Assembly: GCA_027492875.1 (NCBI GenBank)
Contig: JAPUDV010000078.1
Coordinates: forward strand, 665 to 64,664
Direction: 5' to 3'
From: Candidatus Competibacteraceae bacterium
GTDB taxonomy: Bacteria > Pseudomonadota > Gammaproteobacteria > Competibacterales > Competibacteraceae
DNA: 64,000 bases
The notes beneath the pieces were generated by a model. That model was not told the origin of the DNA. It did no database searches and saw nothing but the letters and a program-made list of their open reading frames with translations. Both the position numbers and the translations under genes were made by a program. The stretch's first letter is position 1; each line of letters begins with the position of its first letter. Shown in pieces: positions 32,256 to 42,388 of the stretch.

Positions 32256-33008
32256 TTAAGTGGTCCCGGAGGAACCCGCATGTTGCGCCAACCGCCGCAG
32301 GGCCGCGCTCAAGCGGGAGTCCGGCACGTTGCGGGCGGTGACTTCCAACAGTTTCGCATTGCGTTGGGTCAGCGTCAGCCTCGGTCGCCGGGGGCGGGGC
32401 GGAAAAGCGGGCGGCACGACCCGAACCCGCGGCTTGGGCAGGGGGATACCGAGCTGTTGGCCGAGCGTCCCACGGATATTGTGCAGGGCATAGCGCAGCC
32501 GGGTGGCCCAACTGGACGAGTCGGCATGCACCGTCCAACCGTCCTGATCCAGTTGGACCAACACCGTGTGATCGTGCAGATGCGGCGGCAGGTAGGCGCG
32601 GAAGATGCGGTTGAGCCGGGTCAACTGGTCGGCGCGCGCCATCAACCGCCCCAACATCCCTTGCGGGCGACGCAGGCACTCCCCCACCGTCGGGATGGAA
32701 CTCGTTCGCTGGCGCGGCGGCGCTTCCTGGATGGCGGGGAAGCGCGGGGAAAGTAACGTCGGACCGGCCGGCGCCGCCGCCGGGAGCGGGAGGTAGGGCG
32801 CGGTGGCCTCGGCTATTTTGGCGGGCACGCCAACCCCGGTCGCAATCGGCGCGACACGGACGGCTCCATCAGACTCGGAGCCAGCGACCGCGACGGGCCG
32901 CGACGGGGCCGCCGGTGACGAGCCGGGTTCCGACCCGTGGCCGCGCAATATTTTCAGCAGGTGCGCGGTGTGCCAGCGGGCGGACGCGCGGCTGTCGGAT
33001 TCAGCCAT
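32256..33008 (-). CDS. dciA: DciA/DUF721 family protein with long Pro/Ala-rich N-terminal extension
   Basis: LPPHLHDH...HADSSSWATRLRY...RVRVVP and ...LEVTARNVPDSRLSAALRRLA; start codon uncertain. Confidence 0.75.
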   Translation of the reverse strand: MAESDSRASARWHTAHLLKILRGHGSEPGSSPAAPSRPVAVAGSESDGAVRVAPIATGVGVPAKIAEATAPYLPLPAAAPAGPTLLSPRFPAIQEAPPRQRTSSIPTVGECLRRPQGMLGRLMARADQLTRLNRIFRAYLPPHLHDHTVLVQLDQDGWTVHADSSSWATRLRYALHNIRGTLGQQLGIPLPKPRVRVVPPAFPPRPRRPRLTLTQRNAKLLEVTARNVPDSRLSAALRRLAQHAGSSGTT

Positions 33009-33195
33009 GGTTCCCCCCGCCGCCCGCGCGATCCTCCCCGCGCCGCGAACGCGGGATGCTTGGCTCGAACCGTTGCTGGAAGATCATCACAGTAGGAAGT
33101 TGCGCCGCCGGGTTAGCCCCATAAGGAACTTTCGCGCAGATCCCGCTAAACCGCAAGTCAAGACGGCGCGAAGAACCCCTTGTCGAACGACAACT

Positions 33196-33714
33196 TCAGG
33201 ACCGGGCGAAATCCGCCACGAATCCGGCGATACCGTCCAGATCGGCCAGCGCGAACACGGGCAAACCGGGACAGCCGTGCGCCGCCGGCTCCAACAACGG
33301 CTCGCTGGCGACGGCGACGATGGTCGGGTCACTCGGGAAACGCGGCGGCTTGTCCTCGGCGAGCCGCCGCCAGATTTCCAGTTTGGGATAAGCGCCGGTT
33401 TTCCAACCCTCCACCAGTACCAGATCCACGGGTTGCAGATGGGCGAGCAACTCGACCAGCGTGGGTTCCGGTTCCTCGCGCAGTTCGTGCAACACGGCCC
33501 AGCGGCGGCCGGTCGCCAAAATCACTTCATGGGCGCCAGCCTGACGATGCCGCCAGGTATCCTTGCCGGGCGTATCCAAATCCACATCGTGATGAGCGTG
33601 TTTGAGCGTGGACACGGTCAGGCCGCGTGCCCGCAGCCGGGGCAGCAGGGCGACGATGAGCGTGGTCTTGCCGCAGCCGCTCCAGCCGCTGACACCGAGA
33701 ACTTTCATCGCCAC
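33196..33714 (-). CDS. mobB: Molybdopterin-guanine dinucleotide biosynthesis protein B
   Basis: GWSGCGKTTL, KHAHHDVDLDTPGKDTWRHRQAGA, DLVLVEGWK. Confidence 0.93.
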   Translation of the reverse strand: MAMKVLGVSGWSGCGKTTLIVALLPRLRARGLTVSTLKHAHHDVDLDTPGKDTWRHRQAGAHEVILATGRRWAVLHELREEPEPTLVELLAHLQPVDLVLVEGWKTGAYPKLEIWRRLAEDKPPRFPSDPTIVAVASEPLLEPAAHGCPGLPVFALADLDGIAGFVADFARS

Positions 33715-33723
33715 CCAACCGGA

Positions 33724-34404
33724 TCAGCGCTGCCGCACCACCTGATACGGACGGGCCACGTAGGTGACCGGCGCGCTCCAGATATGCACCAGCCGGCTGA
33801 AGGGGAATACCAGGAACACGGTCAAGCCCAGGAAAATATGCAGCTTGAACAGGAAGCCCATGGGGGTGATGGCGGCCACCGCTTCCGCCGGATCGAACGT
33901 CACGACATTCCGCGCCCACTGCATGAGCAGCAGCATATTGCCGCCATCCAGATGCATCAGCGACAGCGGGATGGTCAGCAGACCGAGGGTTAGCTGCATA
34001 TATAAGAGCAGCAGGATAAAAATATCCATTCGGGTACTGGTCGCCCGCACCCGGGGATCGTTCAGCCGCCGCTGCACCAGCATCGTCAGCCCGGCGAAGC
34101 ACATCAACCCGGCGACGCTACCGGCGACGATGGCCAGGATTTGTTTGGCGCCCGCAGAGACGCCCAAGGCGTGGAACACTTCCGGCGGGGTGAGCAAACC
34201 GATGAAATGGCCGGCGAACAGAAGCAGGATGCCGACATGAAACAGATTGCTGGCCCAACGCATGTTCTTGTTGCTGATCATCTGGCTGGAATGCGCCTTC
34301 CAAGTGAACTGGTCGCGGTCGAAGCGCGCCAAGCTGCCGAGCAGGAAGACTGCGCCGGCCAGATAAGGATAAACGCCAAATAACAGGGTATTCAGGTAAC
34401 TCAT
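33724..34404 (-). CDS. narI: Respiratory nitrate reductase gamma subunit (cytochrome b)
   Basis: FGVYPY, RFDRDQFTWKAHSSQ, FHVGILLLFAGH, FPFSRLVHIWS. Confidence 0.97.
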   Translation of the reverse strand: MSYLNTLLFGVYPYLAGAVFLLGSLARFDRDQFTWKAHSSQMISNKNMRWASNLFHVGILLLFAGHFIGLLTPPEVFHALGVSAGAKQILAIVAGSVAGLMCFAGLTMLVQRRLNDPRVRATSTRMDIFILLLLYMQLTLGLLTIPLSLMHLDGGNMLLLMQWARNVVTFDPAEAVAAITPMGFLFKLHIFLGLTVFLVFPFSRLVHIWSAPVTYVARPYQVVRQR

Positions 34405-34436
34405 GATCTTTTACCTCAAGTGTTTGCCGAGGGCGA

Positions 34437-34475
34437 CCCTCACCCCCAGCCCCTCTCCCGCAAGCGGGAGAGGGG
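34437..34475 (+). repeat. Dispersed hairpin/G4 repeat, copy 1 (narJ-narI intergenic)
   Basis: CCCTCACCCCCAGCCCCTCTCCCGCAAGCGGGAGAGGGG. Confidence 0.85.
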
Positions 34476-34479
34476 CGTG

Positions 34480-35196
34480 TTACAGGGGACGAGCCGTTTG
34501 TGGAGTTGAACCAGGTGGGGGCATCCAGCGTACCGGTTGGGTCGTACCCTGGCCCGTTTGGCGAGCGCCACAACCCTCCCGATTCGCCAGGAATGTCACC
34601 ACCTCCTCTTCCCAAATCTTGTCCATGTTGACGATCGCTTGATCGGGACCCTCGGTCGCGGCTTGCCGGCGAATCTCCTCGATGTCCGCCGGGTCGCCGA
34701 CCAGCGCGGCGAGGGCATCGAACACGACGTGATAATCGCTGCCGCGCTCCGTCAGCCGGGCGCCAAGCAAGGCCATGACGTGCATGGCATCGGCCAACAT
34801 GTCCAGCGCCTCTCCCGCCGGACGCTGCGCCAGATATTCCAGAAACAGTGGAATGTAGTCGGGCAGTTCGCGGGCGTTCAGTTCGAAACCGTGCCGGTGG
34901 TAAACCTTCAGCAGGTCGACCATGGCCTGACCGCGATCCCGCGATTCGCCGTGGATATGCTCGAACAGATGCAGCGATAACGCCCGGCCCCGGTCGAAGA
35001 GCCGAACATACCGTTCCTGCCACTCGATCGGATCGGTCCGCCGCATCTGGTTCATCATCGCCAACAACGCCTGCTGCTCGCGTTCCGGCAACAAATTTTC
35101 CTGGACGAGAACTTCCGCCATCTCCCCCAACGCCGCCTGCATCTCCGGTTGTGGGTAGCACAGCAGGGCGGACAGGACTTTCAGGGTTTTCATCAT
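34480..35196 (-). CDS. narJ: Nitrate reductase molybdenum cofactor assembly chaperone
   Basis: SALLCYP, YVRLFDRGRALSLHLFEHIHGESRDRGQAMVDL, ELPDYIPLFLEYL. Confidence 0.97.
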   Translation of the reverse strand: MMKTLKVLSALLCYPQPEMQAALGEMAEVLVQENLLPEREQQALLAMMNQMRRTDPIEWQERYVRLFDRGRALSLHLFEHIHGESRDRGQAMVDLLKVYHRHGFELNARELPDYIPLFLEYLAQRPAGEALDMLADAMHVMALLGARLTERGSDYHVVFDALAALVGDPADIEEIRRQAATEGPDQAIVNMDKIWEEEVVTFLANREGCGARQTGQGTTQPVRWMPPPGSTPQTARPL

Positions 35197-35229
35197 TCCA
35201 CCTCGTGTATGTGGCGCCCGATACCAGCG

Positions 35230-35264
35230 CCCTCACCCCAACCCCTCTCCCGGAGGGAGAGGGG
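35230..35264 (+). repeat. Dispersed hairpin/G4 repeat, copy 2 (narH-narJ intergenic)
   Basis: CCCTCACCCCAACCCCTCTCCCGGAGGGAGAGGGG. Confidence 0.85.
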
Positions 35265-35278
35265 CGCTTGCCCTCGAT

Positions 35279-36832
35279 TCAGGCTTTGGTCGGCGGCTCC
35301 ACGCGAATCGGAACCGCCCGGCGCGTCGTCACTTTCTTGCCACCAAACAGATTGGTTTTATCCGTACCCGGCGAGCAGCCGTTGCCGAAGCTGAAGCCGC
35401 AACCGCCACGCTCACCGAAGGCGTCATAGGTGGCGCTGGCATATTCGCGGTGGCTGGTCGGAATAACGAAGCGATCTTCGTAATTGGCAATCGCCAGATA
35501 GCGGTACATCGATTCGACCTGATCGATGCGCAGACCGACCGCTTTCAGCACGTCGTCGCGGATTTCGCCGTCCACCGTCTTGCCGCGCATGTAGGCGCGC
35601 ATGGCCAGCATCCGCTCCAGCGCCAGCTTGACCGGCTTTTCGTCGCCGGCGGTCAGCAGGTTGGCCAGATACTTCAGCGGAATCCGCAAGGAACCGACAT
35701 CGGGGATGATGCCGTTCATGCCGATCTGACCGGACTCGGCGCGGGACTGGATCGGCGACAGCGCCGGCACATACCAGACCATCGGCAGGGTGCGGTACTC
35801 GGGATGCAGCGGGAAGGCGATCTTCCACTCGATCGCCATCTTGTAGATGGGTGACTCCTGAGCCGCTTCCAGCCACGGCTCGGGAATGCCGGCCTTGCGC
35901 GCCTCGGTCTGCACCGTCGGGCTGAACGGATCGAGGAACATGTCGAGCTGGGCCTGATACAAACTCTGCTCGTCGGCGACGCTGGCGGCCTGCTCGATTT
36001 TATCGGCGTCGTACAGCAATACGCCCAGATAGCGGATGCGGCCCACGCAGGTTTCCGAGCAAACGGTCGGCTGGCCGACCTCGATGCGCGGGTAGCAGAG
36101 GATGCACTTTTCGGATTTGCCGGTATTCCAGTTGTAGTAAATCTTCTTGTACGGGCAGCCGGAAACGCACATCCGCCAACCCCGGCACTTGTCCTGGTCG
36201 ATCAGAACGATGCCGTCCTCCTCGCGCTTGTAGATCGCGCCCGACGGGCAGGACGCGACGCAGGCCGGGTTCAGGCAATGCTCGCACAGGCGCGGCAGGT
36301 ACATCATGAAGGTGTTTTCGAACTCGCCGTACATCTCCTTCTGCACGTTCTCGAAGTTGGTGTCCTTGGAACGCTTGGCGAATTCGGTGCCGAGGATTTC
36401 CTCCCAGTTCGGCCCCCACTGGATTTTTTGCATCCGCTCGCCGCTGATCGCCGAGCGCGGCCGGGCGGTGGGCATGGCTTTCGACTCCGGCGCATTCTGC
36501 AAATGTGCGTAGTCGTAATCCCACGGTTCGTAGTAGTCGTCGATGGCCGGCAGGTCGGGGTTGGCGAAGATATTCGCCAGAATCCGCCACTTGCCGCCCT
36601 GCTTCGGCTCGATTTTGCCGTCCCGGCGGCGTTTCCAGCCGCCGTTCCACTTCTGTTGGTTCTCCCATTCCTTGGGATAACCGATGCCGGGCTTGGTCTC
36701 GACGTTGTTGAACCAGGCGTATTCCATACCGTCGCGGCTGGTCCAGACGTTCTTGCAAGTCACCGAACAGGTGTGGCAGCCAATGCACTTGTCCAGATTC
36801 AGGACCATGGCGATTTGTGCGCGTACTTTCAT
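35279..36832 (-). CDS. narH: Respiratory nitrate reductase beta subunit
   Basis: MKVRAQIAMVLNLDKCIGCHTCSVTCK, CEHCLNPACVASCP, CRGWRMCVSGCPY, CILCYPR. Confidence 0.98.
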   Translation of the reverse strand: MKVRAQIAMVLNLDKCIGCHTCSVTCKNVWTSRDGMEYAWFNNVETKPGIGYPKEWENQQKWNGGWKRRRDGKIEPKQGGKWRILANIFANPDLPAIDDYYEPWDYDYAHLQNAPESKAMPTARPRSAISGERMQKIQWGPNWEEILGTEFAKRSKDTNFENVQKEMYGEFENTFMMYLPRLCEHCLNPACVASCPSGAIYKREEDGIVLIDQDKCRGWRMCVSGCPYKKIYYNWNTGKSEKCILCYPRIEVGQPTVCSETCVGRIRYLGVLLYDADKIEQAASVADEQSLYQAQLDMFLDPFSPTVQTEARKAGIPEPWLEAAQESPIYKMAIEWKIAFPLHPEYRTLPMVWYVPALSPIQSRAESGQIGMNGIIPDVGSLRIPLKYLANLLTAGDEKPVKLALERMLAMRAYMRGKTVDGEIRDDVLKAVGLRIDQVESMYRYLAIANYEDRFVIPTSHREYASATYDAFGERGGCGFSFGNGCSPGTDKTNLFGGKKVTTRRAVPIRVEPPTKA

Positions 36833-36833
36833 G

Positions 36834-39800
36834 TCAATGAGCCTCCACGGTGGCGTCGGCCGGGGTTTCGTCATCCAGCCAGTCGACCTTGGCCATCTTG
36901 CGGACGACGATGAACTCGTCGCGGTTGGCGCCGACGGTGCCGTAATAGTTGAAGCCGTAACTCTGCTGGGCGTAGCTGCCGATCATATGAGTCGGCTTCA
37001 GCACGGTACGGGTCACCGAGTTGTGAATGCCGCCCCGGGTGCCGGTGATTTCCGATCCCGGCGTATTCACGATCTTTTCCTGGGCGTGGTACATCATCGA
37101 CATGCCTTCCGGCACCCGCTGGCTGACCACCGCACGGGCGGCGATGGCGCCATTGAGGTTGTAGGCTTCGATCCAGTCGTTGTCCTCGATGCCGGCTTTT
37201 TTGGCGTCGATCTCGGACATCCAGATGATCGGGCCACCCCGCGACAGGGTGAGCATCAGCAGGTTGTCGGTGTAGGTGCTGTGGATGCCCCACTTCTGGT
37301 GTGGGGTGATGAAGTTCAGCACGATTTCCGTATTACCGTTCGGCTTCTTGCCGATGATCGGCTCGACGGTTTTCATATCCACCGGTGGCCGGTAGGCACA
37401 CATCGCCTCACCAAAACCAAGCATCCACGGATGATCCTGATAAAACTGCTGGCGACCGGTCAGGGTCCGCCACGGAATCAATTCATGGACGTTGGTGTAG
37501 CCGGCGTTGTAGCTGACCTTTTCATCTTCCAGCCCCGACCAGGTCGGCGAGGAAATAATCTTGCGCGGCTGGGCCTGAATGTCGCGGAAACGGATTTTCT
37601 CGTGTTCCTTGGGCAGCGCCAGATGGGTATGGTCGCGGCCCGTGATCCTGCCCAACGCCGCCCAGGCTTTTACCGCCACATGGCCGTTGGTCTCCGGGGC
37701 CAGCATCATGATCATCTCAGCCGCGTCGATGTCGCTGTCGATGCGGGGCCGACCCTTGGATATACCTTCTTCCAGCACGGTGTAATTGAGCGTCGCCAGC
37801 GCCTTGACCTCGTGCTCGGTATTCCAACTAATGCCCTTACCGCCGTTACCGACTTTATCCAGTAGCGGCCCGACCGAGGTGAACTTCTTGTAGGTATTCG
37901 GATAGTCGCGCTCGACTACGATCAGGCTCGGTGCGGTCTTGCCGGGGATCAGCTCGCATTCACCCTTCTTCCAGTCCTTCACGTCCGGCATGGCCAGTTC
38001 GCTGGGAGTGTCGTGCAGAGTCGGCAAGGCGACAATATCCTTTTCCACACCCAGATGACCGACGCAGACCTCGGAGAAGGTTCGAGCGATACCCTTGAAA
38101 ATATCCCAGTCGGTGCGCGACTCCCAGGCCGGGTCCACCGCTGCGCTCAGCGGGTGAATAAACGGGTGCATGTCGCTGGTGTTGAGATCGTTCTTCTCGT
38201 ACCAGGTGGCGGTCGGCAACACGATGTCCGAATACATACAGGTGGTGGACATGCGGAAATCCAGAGTCACCAGCAGATCGAGTTTACCTTCCGCGCCCTT
38301 CTGCCACTTTACTTCCAGCGGTTTCTCGCCGCCTTCCTCGCCTAAATCCTTGCCCTGCACGCCATGCACCGCGCCGAGCAGATATTTGAGGAAGTATTCG
38401 TGACCCTTGCCCGAGGAGCCGAGCAGGTTAGAGCGCCATACGAACATGTTGCGCGGGAAGTTGACCGGGTTGTCGGGATCTTCAAAGGCGAAGTTGACCT
38501 TGCCGGCCTTGAGGCTCTCCACCAAATACTCATTCGGCGCTTTACCGGCGGCGGCGGCATCCCTGGCAACTTGCAGCGGATTGGCGTCGAAATGCGGCGC
38601 AGTCGGTAGCCAGCCCATGCGCGCCGAACGCACGTTGTAGTCGATCTGCGTACCCTGCCACTGCTGCGGATCGACCAGCGGTGACAGAATTTCGGTCATC
38701 GCCAGCCTCTCGTAGCGCCACTGGCTACTGTGGATGTAAAAGAACGACGTCGAATTCATGTGCCGGGGCGGGCGGTGCCAGTCCAGGGCGAACGCTAATG
38801 CGGTCCAGCCGGTTTGCGGGCGCAGCTTCTCCTGACCGACGTAATGCGACCAGCCGCCACCGCTCTGACCAACACAACCGCACATCATCAGCATGTTGAT
38901 GACACCCCGGTAGTTCATGTCCATGTGATACCAGTGGTTCATCGCCGCACCGATAATAATCATCGACTTGCCGTGGGTCTTGTCAGCGTTTTCGGCAAAC
39001 TGACGGGCGACGGCGATGATCTGCTCGCGCGGCACCCCGGTAATTCTTTCCTGCCAGGCTGGAGTGTAAGGCACGTCGTCGTCATAGGTCTTGGCGACAT
39101 TGCTGCCACCCAGACCGCGATCCAGGCCGTATTGCGCCAGGGTCAGGTCGTAAACGGTGGCCACCAGCGCATCGGCGCCGTCGGCCAGCTTGACCTTCTT
39201 CGCTGGCACATGACGGATTTGCACGGCCTCGTGCTCGGTGCAGGCGAAATGCGGATGTTGAGTGGAACCGAAGTAGGGGAAGCCGACGGGAACGACGCTA
39301 TCCTTGATTTCGTTCACTGACAGACGCAACTGGGTCTCAGCGCCGGTCAATGCTTCCTTCGACTCCAGATTCCACTTGCCGACCATGCTTTCCTTCTCGC
39401 CCCAACGGAAACCGATGGAACCATTGGGAACCAGCAGATGGCCGCTGTTCTCGTCAAACGCCAGGGTTTTCCATTCCGGGTTATTCGCCTGACCCGCGCC
39501 ATCCGCCAGATCGGAAGCACGCAGGAAACGGCCATTGACGTAAGTCCCATCCTGACGTGGATCGAGCATCACCAGATAGGGGAAATCGGTGGTCTCACGC
39601 ACGTACTTGTTGAAGTACTCGCTTTTCCCGTCGAGATGAAACTCGCGCAGGATGACATGGCCCATGGCCATGGCGACGGCGGCGTCGGTGCCTTGTTTCG
39701 GATGCAGCCAGATATCGGCAAATTTCGACGCTTCCGAGTAGTCCGGGCAGACCACCGCGATCTTCGCGCCCTTGTAGCGCACCTCGGTCATGAAGTGCGC

Positions 39801-40592
39801 GTCCGGGGTACGGGTTTGCGGCACGTTGGAACCCCACATCATCAGGAAGGTGGAGTTGTACCAGTCGGCGGATTCCGGCACGTCGGTTTGCTCGCCCCAG
39901 ATCATCGGGCTGGCGGGCGGCAAGTCGCAGTACCAGTCATAGAAGCTGCCGCAGGCGCCGCCGATTAGCGACAGATAGCGGGAACCGGCGGCGTAGGACA
40001 CCATCGACATGGCCGGAATCGGCGAGAAGCCGTAGATGCGATCCGGGCCAAATTTTTTGACTGTGTACACATTGGCAGCGGCGATGATTTGATTCACTTC
40101 GTCCCAGGTGGAGCGGACGAAGCCACCCAAACCCCGTTGGCTCTTGTACTCAGCCGCCTTGGCCGGGTCTTCGATAATGGACGCCCACGCCGCCACTGGA
40201 TCTTTATGCACCGCCAGCGCTTTGCGCCACAGCTTGATCAGCCGACCGCGAATCATCGGGTATTTCACTCGGTTGGCGCTGTACAGATACCAACTGTAGG
40301 ACGCGCCGCGCGAGCAGCCACGCGGTTCATGATTGGGTAGATCGTCGCGAGTTCGCGGGTAATCGGTCTGCTGGGTTTCCCAGGTCACCAGACCGTTTTT
40401 GACGTAGATTTTCCAGCTACAGGAGCCGGTGCAGTTCACCCCGTGGGTGGAGCGCACGATCTTGTCGTGTTGCCAGCGGGCGCGGTAGGCGTCTTCCCAG
40501 CCACGGTCTTCATTGGTAACAACCCCGTGCTCGCCGGAGAAGGTGTCGGTGGCTTTCTTGAAGAAATTCAGTCGGTCCAGGAAATGACTCAT
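36834..40592 (-). CDS. narG: Respiratory nitrate reductase alpha subunit
   Basis: RSTHGVNCTGSCSW FS0 motif, FYDWYCDLPP, HYVGQEKLRP, TPHQKWGIHSTY, FNYYGTVG.NRD. Confidence 0.98.
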   Translation of the reverse strand: MSHFLDRLNFFKKATDTFSGEHGVVTNEDRGWEDAYRARWQHDKIVRSTHGVNCTGSCSWKIYVKNGLVTWETQQTDYPRTRDDLPNHEPRGCSRGASYSWYLYSANRVKYPMIRGRLIKLWRKALAVHKDPVAAWASIIEDPAKAAEYKSQRGLGGFVRSTWDEVNQIIAAANVYTVKKFGPDRIYGFSPIPAMSMVSYAAGSRYLSLIGGACGSFYDWYCDLPPASPMIWGEQTDVPESADWYNSTFLMMWGSNVPQTRTPDAHFMTEVRYKGAKIAVVCPDYSEASKFADIWLHPKQGTDAAVAMAMGHVILREFHLDGKSEYFNKYVRETTDFPYLVMLDPRQDGTYVNGRFLRASDLADGAGQANNPEWKTLAFDENSGHLLVPNGSIGFRWGEKESMVGKWNLESKEALTGAETQLRLSVNEIKDSVVPVGFPYFGSTQHPHFACTEHEAVQIRHVPAKKVKLADGADALVATVYDLTLAQYGLDRGLGGSNVAKTYDDDVPYTPAWQERITGVPREQIIAVARQFAENADKTHGKSMIIIGAAMNHWYHMDMNYRGVINMLMMCGCVGQSGGGWSHYVGQEKLRPQTGWTALAFALDWHRPPRHMNSTSFFYIHSSQWRYERLAMTEILSPLVDPQQWQGTQIDYNVRSARMGWLPTAPHFDANPLQVARDAAAAGKAPNEYLVESLKAGKVNFAFEDPDNPVNFPRNMFVWRSNLLGSSGKGHEYFLKYLLGAVHGVQGKDLGEEGGEKPLEVKWQKGAEGKLDLLVTLDFRMSTTCMYSDIVLPTATWYEKNDLNTSDMHPFIHPLSAAVDPAWESRTDWDIFKGIARTFSEVCVGHLGVEKDIVALPTLHDTPSELAMPDVKDWKKGECELIPGKTAPSLIVVERDYPNTYKKFTSVGPLLDKVGNGGKGISWNTEHEVKALATLNYTVLEEGISKGRPRIDSDIDAAEMIMMLAPETNGHVAVKAWAALGRITGRDHTHLALPKEHEKIRFRDIQAQPRKIISSPTWSGLEDEKVSYNAGYTNVHELIPWRTLTGRQQFYQDHPWMLGFGEAMCAYRPPVDMKTVEPIIGKKPNGNTEIVLNFITPHQKWGIHSTYTDNLLMLTLSRGGPIIWMSEIDAKKAGIEDNDWIEAYNLNGAIAARAVVSQRVPEGMSMMYHAQEKIVNTPGSEITGTRGGIHNSVTRTVLKPTHMIGSYAQQSYGFNYYGTVGANRDEFIVVRKMAKVDWLDDETPADATVEAH

Positions 40593-40644
40593 GTTAAATG
40601 ACCTCGCTTTTTTAGGGAGAGGAGGTCTGCCTTTGCAGGATCGG

Positions 40645-40682
40645 CCCTCACCCCCAACCCTCGCCCGCCAGCGGGCAAGGGG
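40645..40682 (+). repeat. Dispersed hairpin/G4 repeat, copy 3 (narK2-narG intergenic)
   Basis: CCCTCACCCCCAACCCTCGCCCGCCAGCGGGCAAGGGG; compensatory T>G/A>C change in the stem. Confidence 0.8.
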
Positions 40683-40709
40683 AGTCAACGGTTATTGGAA
40701 CCAGGCCGC

Positions 40710-42326
40710 TCAGGGATTCTTGAACTCCGCCTTGGGACCGAGGTAGTACCACCAGTTCAGCACCAGACAGACGAAGTAGAAAATGGCGAAACCGTAGAGC
40801 GCGTATTCGGGCGTGGTGGCTTTGATCTGCTCGCCGAACACCTGCGGGATAATGAAAGCACCGTAAGCCGCCACCGCCGAGGTCCAGCCGAGCACCGGAC
40901 CGGCCTGTTCCTTGGGAAACACCATGGCGATGGTGCGGAAGGTGGAACCGTTGCCGATGCCGCTGGCCGCAAACAGGGTCAGGAACAGCAGGAAGAAGGG
41001 CATGAAATACTGTTCCGGCGTGGCCGATTGATAAGCGGCGCTCATGTAATAGGCCACACCCAACGCGGCGGCGATCATCACCACGGTAATAATCTGCGTG
41101 ACCAGTGCGCCACCCACCTTGTCGGAAATCCAGCCACCGATCGGCCGGATCAGCGCCCCAATAAACGGCCCCATCCAGGCGTACATCAGCGCGCTGGGCG
41201 CGTTGGGGTTGACGGTGGCATGAGTCAGCACTCCATCCGCGCCGGCGATATGGCTGAAGCCGAAAATCACCTTGATCGCCAAGGCAAAGGCGGCGGAATA
41301 GCCAATGAAGCTGCCGAAAGTCATGGTGTAGATCACGCTCATGACCCAGGTGTGTTTGTTGCCGAAGATCAGGAATTGCCGTTGCAGATTCGGCTTGATA
41401 TTGCCGGGAATCAGTTTGAGCAGGAGCACGGTCAGCGCGATGATACCGGGTAGCACGACCCACTTGGTCCAGGAGGGTAGTCCAAGCCCAGCAGGCGCCG
41501 GCAGGATCAGGTACAGACCCACGCCGGCGGTAATGAAGCCGATGAGCAACATGCCGACGATCTTGGAAATGGCCCCCCCCGACGAGCCGATATTCGGCGA
41601 AACCTCCTCGGTGTGGATGTTGTTCATGCCGAACCAGCCGATGAAAGCCAGCGGGATCAGCAGGAACAGCCAGACGAAGCCGGCATTCTGAATATACGTC
41701 GGCGTACCGGCGGCGATCTTGCCGACCAGCGAACCGGACGCTTGCACCAGCACCACCGGCTCGCCGCCAAAGCTGCCCAAGAGTGGAATGGTCATCACCA
41801 GCGGCACCAGAATCTGCATGGTGGTCACGCCGGCGTTGCCCAGTCCGGCGTTCAGACCCAGCGCCAGGCCCTGCATCCGTTTGGGAAAGAAGAAGCTGAT
41901 GTTGGACATGCTGGAGGCGAAGTTGCCGCCGCCGAAACCCGACAGGAACGCCAGCAACTGGAACACCCATAACGGGGTTTCCTTGCTCTGCAAAGCCAAC
42001 CCGGTGCCGAGCGCTGGGATCATCAGCAGCGCGGTGGTGAACACGATCGTGTTGCGACCGCCGGCAATGCGAATGAAGAAGCTCGACGGGATCCGCAGGG
42101 TCGCCCCGGTCAGGCCGGCGATGGCCGCCAAGGTGAACAGTTCCGCCGGTTTGAACGGAAAACCCGCGTTGAGCATCTGGACGGTGATAATGCTCCAGTA
42201 AATCCACACCGCGAAACCGCACAACAGGCTGGGAATGGAAATCCATAGATTGCGGTTGGCGATGCCTTTGCCCGTGGTCTCCCAAAATTGGGTGTCTTCC
42301 ACGCGCCATTCACGGATGTCTGCCAT
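40710..42326 (-). CDS. narK: NarK2-type nitrate/nitrite transporter (MFS)
   Basis: W.VED..FW...G..IANRNLWISIPSLL, GFGGGNFASSMSNISFFFPK, GIGNGSTFRTI. Confidence 0.93.
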   Translation of the reverse strand: MADIREWRVEDTQFWETTGKGIANRNLWISIPSLLCGFAVWIYWSIITVQMLNAGFPFKPAELFTLAAIAGLTGATLRIPSSFFIRIAGGRNTIVFTTALLMIPALGTGLALQSKETPLWVFQLLAFLSGFGGGNFASSMSNISFFFPKRMQGLALGLNAGLGNAGVTTMQILVPLVMTIPLLGSFGGEPVVLVQASGSLVGKIAAGTPTYIQNAGFVWLFLLIPLAFIGWFGMNNIHTEEVSPNIGSSGGAISKIVGMLLIGFITAGVGLYLILPAPAGLGLPSWTKWVVLPGIIALTVLLLKLIPGNIKPNLQRQFLIFGNKHTWVMSVIYTMTFGSFIGYSAAFALAIKVIFGFSHIAGADGVLTHATVNPNAPSALMYAWMGPFIGALIRPIGGWISDKVGGALVTQIITVVMIAAALGVAYYMSAAYQSATPEQYFMPFFLLFLTLFAASGIGNGSTFRTIAMVFPKEQAGPVLGWTSAVAAYGAFIIPQVFGEQIKATTPEYALYGFAIFYFVCLVLNWWYYLGPKAEFKNP

Positions 42327-42388
42327 GATGATGAGCCTCTATAATGATAACCATTTATGAAATATGATTTTTATCGGCGTCTTTGTTT

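Noticed and set aside
36834-40592. Selenocysteine or recoding in the molybdoenzyme
   Set aside because: narG is a continuous ORF with no in-frame TGA
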